A stretch of DNA of 64,000 nt from Nitrosopumilus sp. (GTDB lineage: Archaea; Thermoproteota; Nitrososphaeria; Nitrososphaerales; Nitrosopumilaceae), in assembly GCA_965214775.1 (NCBI GenBank), contig OZ243974.1, positions 2,432,001 through 2,496,000 of the forward strand, written 5' to 3'. Under the pieces are notes generated by a model, which saw only the letters and a program-made list of their open reading frames with translations, did not search any database and was not told the DNA's origin. This document shows, in pieces, positions 1 to 8,958 of the stretch (position 1 is its first letter; each line of letters opens with the position of its first letter). Both the position numbers and the translations under genes were made by a program.

Positions 1-1340
1 TGCAAGCAATAACTTGATCTCTTGAAAAAAGATACCTGATCATGTTGATTCTTGCTCTTTATCCATTTGTGTATTTCCTGCCTCACGCTTTTGTTGAAAA
101 ATGACAGTAGATAGTCTTTGGGAGTATTGTTATTCATTAGGAAGTTTTTCACTGCATAAAGATATGTATCCCAGATGGGATTTTTGCCAGAATTGTCAAT
201 CAGGACTTCGATGCATAGTGGCGGAATGTCCTTCATGTCAGAAAACATTTTTTCCATTCTATCTGTTGTCAAATTTTCATCAATCATCACTTCTTGTTTT
301 GCTTGGTTGATTCGTATACAAATCACCTTTAGTTGTGCATTCTCTGTAAGGCCTGAATTTCCCTTCAAAGTTATGTAATTTTGATATAGTTGAACTAGTA
401 TTCCTTTTCCGGTATCAGTAAATTCACGTTTATGTTCACTGTCGGTGGTGATATTAGTAAAAGTCCAATCCAACCTACTGATGGTAAATGTTTGTTTTGG
501 ATCTGTGTATATTTTGTCTAGGCTACTGTCCCCAACACCAATGTTTTTGTAGAACTCCTCTTTTTGTTTACAGTTTATAGTAAATGCTCTGTCGTCATAT
601 GAAAGGAACTTGGCAGTTTTTGTTGCACTTGATGCATGTCTGAATGCCTTCATTCCCAGATAATCGGTAAATGGGTCTTGTTCAGGATCCCCTTTGCTTT
701 CATCTGCTCTTTTAAACTTGATTATGTGATCATCTGGTAAAACATAGATTCTAAACGGTATTTTGCTAGGTTTTGTAATACTATGTTCTTGTTTTTTTGC
801 AAACTCCATAAATTTTTCAACTATGCCGTCATATGCGCTTACATTCAAAATTCCTTCGTCATCAATAATTCCAGAATCAACATATTCAGAAAATAACGTG
901 CTAGAATTTACCCAATAATTTTTTTTATCGATTCTTAGCTTAGGCTTCCCGTCAGCTTCCTTGATGACCTCTCCAGCAGATACATCTAAAATGTGTTTTA
1001 TATAATCTGGTTTTTTGCCAATTGTGATTTCAAGTTTTGTCTCTGATGCCTTGTTTGTCTTTATAATACCGTAAATTTCAAGGTATGGATTTGGCGCTGC
1101 AGCACCAACCCTGTGATCTGGAAGCTTGCTTATGACGTCATCAGAAGTATTCAGAGGCATTTTAAGCCAGTTTTGCAACTCTTTTGTCCCTTTAGTTGTT
1201 TCTGAACCCCACTCCTCAAGCGTTTTTTCGTCAACTGTAGCTGTGTTGTCTTTGTAGAATATCATCTTAACTGGAAGTTGTTTTTTTGGTGCAGATCCTT
1301 TGCTGTCTCTGTTTCCATAAAATAATTCATACGCTAGCAA
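1..1340 (-). CDS. Probable CRISPR type I-B large subunit Cas8b (Csh1-like), 3' end outside window
   Basis: Long minus-strand frame absent from the ORF track because no stop is reached; start is TTG at 1340 or ATG at 1373. AKFLSYDDRAFTINCKQKEEFYKNIG resembles the Cas8b FKFYTxDKxGF...KNF motif; YLYAVKNFL...KDYLLSFF resembles the Cas8b C-terminal helices. AT-rich relative to core genes. Confidence 0.5.
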   Translation of the reverse strand, partial: MLAYELFYGNRDSKGSAPKKQLPVKMIFYKDNTATVDEKTLEEWGSETTKGTKELQNWLKMPLNTSDDVISKLPDHRVGAAAPNPYLEIYGIIKTNKASETKLEITIGKKPDYIKHILDVSAGEVIKEADGKPKLRIDKKNYWVNSSTLFSEYVDSGIIDDEGILNVSAYDGIVEKFMEFAKKQEHSITKPSKIPFRIYVLPDDHIIKFKRADESKGDPEQDPFTDYLGMKAFRHASSATKTAKFLSYDDRAFTINCKQKEEFYKNIGVGDSSLDKIYTDPKQTFTISRLDWTFTNITTDSEHKREFTDTGKGILVQLYQNYITLKGNSGLTENAQLKVICIRINQAKQEVMIDENLTTDRMEKMFSDMKDIPPLCIEVLIDNSGKNPIWDTYLYAVKNFLMNNNTPKDYLLSFFNKSVRQEIHKWIKSKNQHDQVSFFKRSSYCL

Positions 1341-1428
1341 TAACAGTAAACAACACGCTATTTTTTTAAACATTTGCATTCGTTCAAATTGCTTACTGAG
1401 ACATACACTCATGCATGCATAAAGTCAT

Positions 1429-1510
1429 TAGATTTTATGCGTGGTCGGTTCAGATCTAGGATTATCATGAACAAATTTATCTCATTTAGGTCGATTACAC
1501 ATAAAGTCTG
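1429..1510. mobile_element. MITE family A (~82 bp, TIR TAGACTTTATGCGTAATCG-like)
   Basis: Closely similar to 61578-61659, with terminal inverted repeats; partial ends at 47689-47706, ~14546-14565 and ~29645-29662. Confidence 0.75.
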
Positions 1511-1537
1511 CTATGTAAGTCAATCACACAAAACAAG

Positions 1538-1614
1538 TGGCGCCGCCCATCAGACTTGAACTGACGACCGTCCGATTAACAGTCGGATGCTCTACCACGC
1601 TGAGCTAGGGCGGC
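1538..1614 (-). tRNA. tRNA-Asn(GTT)
   Basis: Reverse complement GCCGCCCTAGCTCAG...TCCGA CTGTTAA TCGGA...GTTCAAGTC...GGGCGGCGCCA; full cloverleaf with encoded CCA. Confidence 0.97.
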
Positions 1615-1687
1615 ACTGTCTTTGTAGCTTGGCAAAAGTGATTTAATCCTTGCTACTGCGCAATCTGGGCCAAGTGAAAGGAAAAGG

Positions 1688-1975
1688 TCAGTTGAACCTT
1701 GCGAAAAACTCCTTTATCTCCTTTGAACGGCCCTCGACAATCCCGGTGATCCCCCTGTGCTCGTCGGGGGTCGGCTTCCTCCTGTACACTGCCTGAAAGA
1801 TGCCAAGGGCAGAGCCCACCATCTCCCCGACAAAAAACCCGCACAGAAAATCCCCGTTGTTCTCGCATTTCCATGACTGCCTGACCTTGGGGGAAACTCC
1901 TGCGGATTTGTACAGCTCCAAGGTATCCTCAACAAGCTGCGTGATCTCCTTTGAGAATTTGGGATCCAGGGCCAT
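1688..1975 (-). CDS. Conserved hypothetical protein (thaumarchaeal)
   Basis: 95-aa ORF directly downstream of rpl6 on the same strand, protein-like composition. Confidence 0.7.
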   Translation of the reverse strand: MALDPKFSKEITQLVEDTLELYKSAGVSPKVRQSWKCENNGDFLCGFFVGEMVGSALGIFQAVYRRKPTPDEHRGITGIVEGRSKEIKEFFARFN

Positions 1976-1986
1976 CAGAAAGTCTG

Positions 1987-2550
1987 CTACTCCTCTTCTA
2001 TTCCCTTTTTCTTTTCATATGCATAGATGCCATCAAGAAAAACCCTGTGATCCTTGTTTTTTACCTTTGTCTTCAGCTCGATGTTTGCTGCAGTCTGCGT
2101 GATGTCTGTCCAGACCTCGCCTGTCAACAGGACGTCTTCTCCCTTTGGAACCACCCTTGTATTTCCCACGACTGATGCAGTCCTGGGGGCCCTCTCTCCC
2201 TGAAAGTTTTCAATCAAAATTTTTTTTCCTTCCACTTTTACTGTAATTGGAAAGTGCGCAAAGACCACCTTCATCCTGATGGTATATCCGCTGACAAGCC
2301 CCTCGCAGATGTTTCTTACAAGTGACCTTGCCGCATGCAGTATGGCATAGTCCCTCTTTTTCTGTCCGATGGTCCTCAAAACGATCTTGCCCCCGCTGAT
2401 CTCCGGGGTGACCGGGATGCTTTTGAAGCTTTGGTGCGTCTTTCCAAGGGGCCCCTCAAAAGTCAGCATGTGTTTCTTTTGCGTGACGGTAACTTCCTTG
2501 GGAATGTCCACCGCATCCTGGAACTTTTCAGCTTCCTGCTCAGTAGACAT
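1987..2550 (-). CDS. rpl6: 50S ribosomal protein L6 (uL6)
   Basis: VVFAHFPITV, IENFQGER, KNKDHRVFLDGIY motifs; operon context. Confidence 0.97.
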   Translation of the reverse strand: MSTEQEAEKFQDAVDIPKEVTVTQKKHMLTFEGPLGKTHQSFKSIPVTPEISGGKIVLRTIGQKKRDYAILHAARSLVRNICEGLVSGYTIRMKVVFAHFPITVKVEGKKILIENFQGERAPRTASVVGNTRVVPKGEDVLLTGEVWTDITQTAANIELKTKVKNKDHRVFLDGIYAYEKKKGIEEE

Positions 2551-2932
2551 ATCCTATCAGAAACCCCCCGATTCCCTTCTGCGCCGCATCATGGTGGGAC
2601 ATTACCCCCTGGTTTGTAGTCACCAGCAGCATGCCCCTGTTGTATGCCGGCAGGTACTGCTGCTCCCAGCTGTTAAACTCGTCGGTCTTTACCTTGAATC
2701 TTGGCGAGATTGCGCCGCATTTTGTAATCTTTGCCAGCAGCCTTATCTTGAACTTTCCCCCTCTCTTGTCGTCAATGTGCTCAAACTCCCCGATGTATCC
2801 GTCCTTTTGCAGGGTTTTGAGAACCTCGATTCCCAGCTTTGATGTCGGAAGGACCGTACACTGGTCCTTTCTTCTTGTCTCGTTGTTGTAAAGCGTGACA
2901 AATAGATTTGCTAAAACGTTGCTTGCCGGCAT
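2540..2932 (-). CDS. rps8: 30S ribosomal protein S8 (uS8)
   Basis: GYIGEFEHIDDKRGG, CGAISPRF, TTNQGVMSH motifs. Confidence 0.97.
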   Translation of the reverse strand: MPASNVLANLFVTLYNNETRRKDQCTVLPTSKLGIEVLKTLQKDGYIGEFEHIDDKRGGKFKIRLLAKITKCGAISPRFKVKTDEFNSWEQQYLPAYNRGMLLVTTNQGVMSHHDAAQKGIGGFLIGYVY

Positions 2933-2936
2933 GATC

Positions 2937-3116
2937 TCACCTGTTCTTCCTGAATCCTAGGGATGCTGCTACCTCCCTAAAGCACCTTCTGCAGATCATC
3001 AGGTCGTATTTTTGGATGACGGCAGTATAGTCCCCGCATCTCTTGCACCATCTTGATCCCCTGCCAAAGTCGTGCTTTTTTCTGCCGGTAAACTCGTAGG
3101 ATCTGTCTTTTGCCAT
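2937..3116 (-). CDS. rps14: 30S ribosomal protein S14 (uS14, Zn-ribbon)
   Basis: Not in ORF track (59 aa): MAKDRSYEFTGRKKHDFGRGSRWCKRCG...ICRRCFREVAASLGFRKNR. Confidence 0.95.
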   Translation of the reverse strand: MAKDRSYEFTGRKKHDFGRGSRWCKRCGDYTAVIQKYDLMICRRCFREVAASLGFRKNR

Positions 3117-3649
3117 TATGCTACTGTCACTCCGAACTCTTTTACCATGTAATCCTTTGCCTCCTGGCTTGTAATGATGTGGGACTTGCCGACGCTTGCC
3201 TTGTGCTTGCTTCTTGTCCTTATGCCGTAGCCTGGCCTTGCCAGTGCAACGGAGACTCCCAAACCCAAAATTCCGATCTGCGGATCGTATTTTACGCCGG
3301 GAATGTCAATGTGCTCCCCGATTCCAAACGAATAGTTGCCAAAATCATCAAACGATCTCCCGTTGACCGCGTTTCCCTTTGCCTCTAGCAGCCGCCTCAG
3401 CAGTGCCTTTGCATCCTCTCCCCTGACTGTCACTGATGCCCCGATTGGCTCTCCCTTTCTTACGCCCCAGTCTCTCTGGGTTGCCTTTGCGTCCCTGGCA
3501 CACGATCTCTTGCCGGATATCTGATCGAGTGCCTTTTTTGCTATATCTATTGCATCACCGGATCTTCCTACGCCCATGTTCAGGACGACTTTCTCGAGCC
3601 TGATTCTCTTCATGGGGGACTGGGCTGTTTTTTGGGACATCGTCATCAC
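3116..3649 (-). CDS. rpl5: 50S ribosomal protein L5 (uL5)
   Basis: LEKVVLNMGVG, GNYSFGIGEHID, YDPQIGILG motifs. Confidence 0.97.
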   Translation of the reverse strand: MMTMSQKTAQSPMKRIRLEKVVLNMGVGRSGDAIDIAKKALDQISGKRSCARDAKATQRDWGVRKGEPIGASVTVRGEDAKALLRRLLEAKGNAVNGRSFDDFGNYSFGIGEHIDIPGVKYDPQIGILGLGVSVALARPGYGIRTRSKHKASVGKSHIITSQEAKDYMVKEFGVTVA

Positions 3650-4362
3650 TTTATCCGTATTGCTGGCTCCTCTTTTCCGATTGGCATTATGATGTCTGCT
3701 GGAATCTCGATCTTTCTTTGACCTAGCGCAACGACGACCCTCTTTGGCAGGATGAACGTGCCCTTTTCAACGCTTTGGATTTTGCCGATCTGCCCTGCGT
3801 TGATTCCGCGTATCACCAGGCACTGGCAGCCTGCCTCCAGCTTGATTACCTTGATGATTTCCTGGCTTGGGACAGTGATCAGGCATGCATCACCGATGCT
3901 TGCCTGGACGTCTGACATTACCGAACGTCCGTCATGGAACCCGATCTGCATCCTTCCGTTTTTGGTCGTTGTCTTTTTTGTAACGATGACCAGCTTTTTG
4001 GATTTCTCTGATTCGTCAATCTTGATTGGTTGTAGCAGCTTTCCCTCTGTTGGAACCATGCGGTAAATGTCCGAGACATTTTCCAGCTCGACTATGTCCA
4101 TCAGTCCGATTGCATGGTGGAGCGACTTTCTTACAACGCCGTCAATCTTTACCTTTCCGGAATAGATTGACGTCTTTGCCTCCCTGAGGCTTGAGACGAT
4201 CTTTAGCATGTCCCTGAGAAAGACCGCAGTTGGAACCGAATAATGTTTCTTGTGTGCGCCCGGCCTTGTGGTGATTACGAATCTTTTGTCTTTTCTTGTA
4301 ATGCCCCAGAACTGGGGTGCCATTTGGCGTTTGAGTTTTTTACTTCCGGATATGCTTACCAA
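3646..4362 (-). CDS. rps4e: 30S ribosomal protein S4e (eS4)
   Basis: KKLKRQMAP, RPGAH, KIDGVVR...IGLMD, FHDGRS motifs. Confidence 0.96.
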   Translation of the reverse strand: MVSISGSKKLKRQMAPQFWGITRKDKRFVITTRPGAHKKHYSVPTAVFLRDMLKIVSSLREAKTSIYSGKVKIDGVVRKSLHHAIGLMDIVELENVSDIYRMVPTEGKLLQPIKIDESEKSKKLVIVTKKTTTKNGRMQIGFHDGRSVMSDVQASIGDACLITVPSQEIIKVIKLEAGCQCLVIRGINAGQIGKIQSVEKGTFILPKRVVVALGQRKIEIPADIIMPIGKEEPAIRIK

Positions 4363-5624
4363 TTGTTGTTTTCATCTCCCTTTTTTTCGGATTTTTCCTC
4401 CGTTTTTGTTTCTTTGGGTGCTTCCTCTTCTTCCTCTCTTTCTTCTGTCGCTTCTCTTTCTTCTGTCGCTTCTCTTTCTTCTGTCGCTTCTCTTTCTTCT
4501 GTCGCTTCTCTTTCTTCTGTCGCTTCCTCTTCTTCCTCTCTTTCTTCTGTCGCTTCCTCTTCTTCCTCTCTTTCTTCTGTCGCTTCCTCTTCTTCCTCTC
4601 TTTCTTCTGTCGCTTCCTCTTCTTCCTCTCTTTCTTCTGTCGCTTCCTCTTCTTCCTCTCTTTCTTCTGTCGCTTCCTCTTCTTCCTCTCTTTCTTCTGT
4701 CGCTTCCTCTTCTTCCTCTCTTTCTTCTGTCGCTTCCTCTTCTTCCTCTCTTTCTTCTGTCGCTTCCTCTTCTTCCTCTCTTTCTTCTGTCGCTTCTCTT
4801 TCTTTGGCCCTTGCCTCAAGCGTTTTCCCTTCTTTTGCTGCTTCTGCTTCTGCTTTTCTTGCCGCATCTGTCGCCTCATTTAGTTCTTGTATTGCCGCAT
4901 CTACTTCCTCTTCTGCATCTTCCAATGCCTCTTTTGCCGCATCTACTTCCTCTTTTGCATATCTTACCTCCTCCATTGCCTTTTCTGCCGCATCCATTTT
5001 TTCATCCCATGTCTCCTCAGGTGCCGCCTCCAATGCCTCTACTGCCTCTTCTGCCACTTTCAATGCCTCGCTTCTTGCCTCTACTGCCTCTTCTGCCACT
5101 TTCAATGCCTCTCTTTTGTCTTCCAATGCCTCTTTTGCCGCCTCTGTTGCTTCTGCCGCATCCTCCATTGCCTCTTCTGCCACTTCCAACGCATCCCTTT
5201 TTTCTCCTTTCTCTTCAGTCATTGCATCCATTGCAGCGTATTTCTCCTTGGGCGCAGTCCTGGGCATGCTGTCTGGGCTCTTGCCTTCTAATTTTGCCAT
5301 TCTCCACTTGTCATCGGTGTTCAATGACTTTACAACCAGGTTTGAGGTGTGGATATAAACGTCATATTTTTCCCCCCTTGTCTGTTCCTTTTTGATTCCT
5401 TCGATTGCCACGCTGTTTTTCTGGGTTGACACCTGTCCGACCTTGCCGCTTACCCCTGCAAACTCCCCCCTGACAATCGTAACGCTGTCTCCCTTGACGA
5501 CCCTCACGCTTCGTTTTCCGTATCTGTTTTGCAGTTCTTTTGAGAGTGCGCTTCCAAGTTGCTTGCTTTTGGATTGGTATGTTGCGCGATAAATCATCTT
5601 GTTACGCATCTTAGTCGGCTTCAT
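4356..5624 (-). CDS. rpl24: 50S ribosomal protein L24 (uL24/L26e) with ~310-aa acidic repetitive C-terminal extension
   Basis: N-terminal ~115 aa: SALSKELQNRYGKRSVRVVKGDSVTIVRG (KOW), IHTSNL; start taken at MKPTKMRNK. Tail is Glu/Ala rich and the stop overlaps the rps4e start. Confidence 0.93.
   Translation of the reverse strand: MKPTKMRNKMIYRATYQSKSKQLGSALSKELQNRYGKRSVRVVKGDSVTIVRGEFAGVSGKVGQVSTQKNSVAIEGIKKEQTRGEKYDVYIHTSNLVVKSLNTDDKWRMAKLEGKSPDSMPRTAPKEKYAAMDAMTEEKGEKRDALEVAEEAMEDAAEATEAAKEALEDKREALKVAEEAVEARSEALKVAEEAVEALEAAPEETWDEKMDAAEKAMEEVRYAKEEVDAAKEALEDAEEEVDAAIQELNEATDAARKAEAEAAKEGKTLEARAKEREATEEREEEEEATEEREEEEEATEEREEEEEATEEREEEEEATEEREEEEEATEEREEEEEATEEREEEEEATEEREEEEEATEEREEEEEATEEREATEEREATEEREATEEREATEEREEEEEAPKETKTEEKSEKKGDENNNW
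4420..4800. repeat. Perfect coding tandem repeats in rpl24: nine 30-bp units (EEREEEEEAT) and four 18-bp units (EEREAT)
   Basis: ttcttctgtcgcttcctcttcttcctctct repeated with no synonymous variation. Confidence 0.95.
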
Positions 5625-5632
5625 CTTTCCTT

Positions 5633-6055
5633 TTACACCACCATTGATGCCAGGTTGGCTACCCTTGGCCATTTTTCTGAGGCTTCTGCTGCCACCGGTC
5701 CCTTGATGTCCGTCCCCTTTGTCTCTCCCTCCGGGGTGATCAACACTGCGGCGTTGTCCTCAAAACAGACTCTGACTCCGTTTAGCCTTCTGACTGCGTA
5801 TTTCTGTCTGATGATGACTGCGCCGTGCACCTGCTTTCTTAGCTCTGCGGGCCCCTTTTTTACGACAACATTGCAAAAGTCGCCAACGGCTGCCGCCGGC
5901 AGCCTTGAAACCCTCGTTTTGTGTCTTGGAACATTGATTACCTCTAGAATTTTTGCGCCTGAATTGTCTGCACAAACAATCTCGGCACCTACCGGGATTG
6001 ATCTTGTGACGTACGGGCGGAACTCCTCTACGCCCTTTCCTGCCTGTTTTGCCAT
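5633..6055 (-). CDS. rpl14: 50S ribosomal protein L14 (uL14)
   Basis: CADNSGAK, AAAVGD, FEDNAAV, KGPVA motifs. Confidence 0.97.
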   Translation of the reverse strand: MAKQAGKGVEEFRPYVTRSIPVGAEIVCADNSGAKILEVINVPRHKTRVSRLPAAAVGDFCNVVVKKGPAELRKQVHGAVIIRQKYAVRRLNGVRVCFEDNAAVLITPEGETKGTDIKGPVAAEASEKWPRVANLASMVV

Positions 6056-6379
6056 CTATGATCTGACCTCCACGACAACGTATGAGACTGATTTTGATAT
6101 CGGCCTGCATTCTGCAGCAAGTACGGTGTCGCCCAGATCCACGTCAATGCATGAGGGCACATGGGCATGAATGCTGCTCTTTCCCCTTGCATATCTCTTG
6201 AATTTGTTATAGTAGACTGGCGCATCCTTTTGCAGCGTTATGGTCTGCTTTGCCTTGTTGCCTGTGACTTTTCCCTCAAAGAGCCTTCCTCTGATGGCCA
6301 GGTTGCCACAAAACGGACAGTTCTTCTCGTCGCATTTTCTTTCTGGCTCTTTTACCTCAAGGCCGATGTTTCTGGTCAT
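6056..6379 (-). CDS. rps17: 30S ribosomal protein S17 (uS17)
   Basis: CDEKNCPFCG, IHAHVPSC, ECRPISK motifs. Confidence 0.96.
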   Translation of the reverse strand: MTRNIGLEVKEPERKCDEKNCPFCGNLAIRGRLFEGKVTGNKAKQTITLQKDAPVYYNKFKRYARGKSSIHAHVPSCIDVDLGDTVLAAECRPISKSVSYVVVEVRS

Positions 6380-6750
6380 GGACTTTCTCCTCCACTGCTT
6401 TTTCTTCTTCCTGCGCCTCTTCCTATTCTGTCAAACGGCCTTTTTTGGATGGTTGAGCCGTCAATGATTACAGGAGGGCAGTCTCCGATTGAGATCTCCC
6501 AGACGCTGTCTGCCTTTGCAGCCAGTTTGACTCCTTTTTTCGTATCTAATGCAAACATGGATTTTGTTTCGTTGATTATGGTCCCATTTAATCCTATTAT
6601 TTGCGGGTTGGATGACTCTACAATCCTGGCGTCTGACCCGATGAACTCCTGTGAAGTAGCGTTTTTTGGTGTTGTTGCTGCTGTTGTTGCTGCTGTTGTT
6701 GCTGGTGTTGTTGCTGTTGCTGCTGTTACTGTTGTTGTTTCCATCGTCAT
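6376..6750 (-). CDS. rnp1: RNase P protein component 1 (Rpp29/Pop4) with Thr/Ala-rich N-terminal extension
   Basis: EFIG...SSNPQIIGLNGTIINETKSM, IDGSTIQKRP; canonical position between rpl29 and rps17. Confidence 0.85.
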   Translation of the reverse strand: MTMETTTVTAATATTPATTAATTAATTPKNATSQEFIGSDARIVESSNPQIIGLNGTIINETKSMFALDTKKGVKLAAKADSVWEISIGDCPPVIIDGSTIQKRPFDRIGRGAGRRKSSGGESP

Positions 6751-6980
6751 CCTCTTCTTCCTTCCTCTTCTTCCTTCTCTTCTCTCTTCATCTCGTTTAG
6801 CCTGGTCAGCATTCTTGCAATGTCGTGTCTGAGCGGTTTTAGTTTTCCGCTTTCCTTTCTTAATGTGCCTTTGGCAGCATCAATGCGTAGTTTTGTCAGC
6901 TCGCTGCGCGCCTCTTGTATTCTGCCCTCAAGATCCTTTCTGTTCAGGTTGTTTATTGTTTTCATGCTTGTCCTGGTCAT
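6747..6980 (-). CDS. rpl29: 50S ribosomal protein L29 (uL29)
   Basis: [10 protein letters not shown] motif; operon position. Confidence 0.93.
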   Translation of the reverse strand: MTRTSMKTINNLNRKDLEGRIQEARSELTKLRIDAAKGTLRKESGKLKPLRHDIARMLTRLNEMKREEKEEEEGRRG

Positions 6981-7738
6981 TTCATCTTGGCCTCCTCTTC
7001 CTCTAGCGTCTCTAGTTCCTTCATCTTTTCCTCCTCTATTGCTATCTGCTCGGACTCTGTCCTTGCCTTCTTTTCGGCTTCTGTCTCGTCTCTCATCTTT
7101 CCGGTCTCTGCATCCTTGACTTGTTTTGCCTTTCTTGCCGGTGGTTTTTCTGCCCTTAACTCAAACTCTGGAACGAACTTTTCCTTCCTTGCAATTCTGA
7201 TTCTTATTCCGATCAGTCCCATTGGCGTGTTTACGTGCGCAATGTCCTCATCAACGATCACTTCTGCGTGGTGGCCTGCCCTTGGCAGGACTCCGGAGGT
7301 GTGCTTTTCAAACGCCGAGCGGTCGCCCCTTAACTTCCCTGAAATTGTAATCTGAACGCCCATGGCCCCTGCCTCCATGATCTGCTTTAGAGTCCACATG
7401 GTCGCCCTTCTAAATGCGATTCCCCTCTCCAGGTGCGATGCCATTCTGTTGCACATTACGCTTGGCGAGAGTTCGGGCTTGTCAATCTCAACTACCAAGA
7501 CCTGCGGGTTCTTTAACCCAAAGTCTGTCGACAGTTTTTCTGTAATCTCCCTGATTCCGGAACCCTTTCTTCCGATGACGATTCCCGGCCTGGTCACATG
7601 CAGTGCCACCTTGGTGCCTGTTGGCGTCTTTGAGATTTCTGCATGGGAGAATCCTGCCTCCTTGATTGCCTCCCGGAGATAGTCCTTGAGCAGCATCATG
7701 TTGTAGTTGTCCTTGATTACGTTTTTGACTGACGACAT
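6977..7738 (-). CDS. rps3: 30S ribosomal protein S3 (uS3)
   Basis: [12 protein letters not shown] motif, [19 protein letters not shown]. Confidence 0.97.
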   Translation of the reverse strand: MSSVKNVIKDNYNMMLLKDYLREAIKEAGFSHAEISKTPTGTKVALHVTRPGIVIGRKGSGIREITEKLSTDFGLKNPQVLVVEIDKPELSPSVMCNRMASHLERGIAFRRATMWTLKQIMEAGAMGVQITISGKLRGDRSAFEKHTSGVLPRAGHHAEVIVDEDIAHVNTPMGLIGIRIRIARKEKFVPEFELRAEKPPARKAKQVKDAETGKMRDETEAEKKARTESEQIAIEEEKMKELETLEEEEAKMK

Positions 7739-7741
7739 GTC

Positions 7742-8209
7742 CTAAATCTCCTGGGCCACCAGTTCCACGTGTGTCAGCACGTTGTTCTTTGGGGTTGCCC
7801 TTCCCATTGCCCTTGGGATGAATCTTTTTACGGTCACTCCCTTGTGAACAGTCGCGTTTATGATCTTCAACCTGTCAAGGTCCATTCCCTTGTATTCTGC
7901 ATTTGATTCCAGATTGTTCAAAACCTTGATGAACTCCTGGGCCGCCTTTTGCGGATAGCGTCCTGACATCATTCCGGGATCAGACTTGTGTCCCACCTGG
8001 TTTTTGAACCTTCTAAAGGCAATTGCCCTGTCCTTGTGGACTACGGCTCGCAGGTAGTCCCTTGCCTTTTCAATGGACAGTCCCTTGATTGCAACTGCCA
8101 CTTCCCTTGCGTGCTTGTGGGAGATGCCTTTTTCCCTTAACGAAGAGCGCACATGGCGCGTCGAGTCATATTTTTGGAAAGCATAGCCGAATCTGCCCAA
8201 GACAATCAC
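7742..8209 (-). CDS. rpl22: 50S ribosomal protein L22 (uL22)
   Basis: ISHKHAREV, GRYPQKAA, PRAMGRA motifs. Confidence 0.96.
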   Translation of the reverse strand: MIVLGRFGYAFQKYDSTRHVRSSLREKGISHKHAREVAVAIKGLSIEKARDYLRAVVHKDRAIAFRRFKNQVGHKSDPGMMSGRYPQKAAQEFIKVLNNLESNAEYKGMDLDRLKIINATVHKGVTVKRFIPRAMGRATPKNNVLTHVELVAQEI

Positions 8210-8601
8210 TTCAATGGAACGTAGAGGCTTGATCTTGATGCACCTACGCCTGGAGCACCGTGTGAGACCCTCTTGTTTGTTATGACATATTCCCCGAGGT
8301 AGTGCCCGATCATCTCTGTCCGGATCACAACTGGAACAAACTCCTTTCCCGAGAAAACATTTACCGTAACGTCTACCATGTAAGGCAGGACAATCAAGTC
8401 TCTGACATGCGTCTTGATTGGATTTTTTAACTTGCCTGCTTTTGCAGCCTTTATCTCTTCGATCAGCTTTCTCTTGCCGTCTGTAATCCCCCTTGTAAGG
8501 GACCTTCTCTGCCTTGCATTAAACAGCTGGAACAGCTTTTCTAATGACATGCCCTCCAATTCCTCCCTTGGAATGCCCCTGTATGCAAATTCCTTAACCG
8601 T
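8206..8601 (-). CDS. rps19: 30S ribosomal protein S19 (uS19); apparent start codon ACG
   Basis: ARQRRSLTRG, KTHVRD, EMIGHYLGE, ASRSSLYVPLK; the conserved N-terminus VKEFAYRG follows ACG at 8601. Confidence 0.93.
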   Translation of the reverse strand, partial: TVKEFAYRGIPREELEGMSLEKLFQLFNARQRRSLTRGITDGKRKLIEEIKAAKAGKLKNPIKTHVRDLIVLPYMVDVTVNVFSGKEFVPVVIRTEMIGHYLGEYVITNKRVSHGAPGVGASRSSLYVPLK

Positions 8602-8691
8602 TATGGCTCATCTCCGTATCTTTCTGCATTTCTGCATTTCTGCCTTCCTTTATGTATGCCTGCATGTGTTCTTGGAGTTTCAGTGTCCATA

Positions 8692-8958
8692 TTATAGCAT
8701 TCCTATCTTTGTTGCAAGGTCCCTTGCCTTTTCGGTGTTTGTAAATTTGACAAATGCCTTTTTGCCGTAAATGGTTCTGGCAGTGTTGACGTCTGTGATC
8801 TTCTCGTTGTAAAGTACGCCGATGGCCTCGGCGATCTCCGGCTTGCTTGCAGATCTGTCCACGATAAAACAGATCTTGCTTTCGTTTTCAACCATTGCAA
8901 ACGTCCTTTCTGTAATGTGCGGCTTTATGATGATTTTGGTTGCTTTATCCACGTTCAT
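8692..8958 (-). CDS. rpl23: 50S ribosomal protein L23 (uL23)
   Basis: PHITER, FIVD...K.EI, GKKAFVK motifs. Confidence 0.95.
   Translation of the reverse strand: MNVDKATKIIIKPHITERTFAMVENESKICFIVDRSASKPEIAEAIGVLYNEKITDVNTARTIYGKKAFVKFTNTEKARDLATKIGML

Noticed and set aside
4243-5395. Long Ser-rich and Leu-rich plus-strand ORFs, and a K/R-rich alternative minus frame
   Set aside because: Shadows of the rpl24 tandem repeat; low-complexity sequence simply lacks stops.
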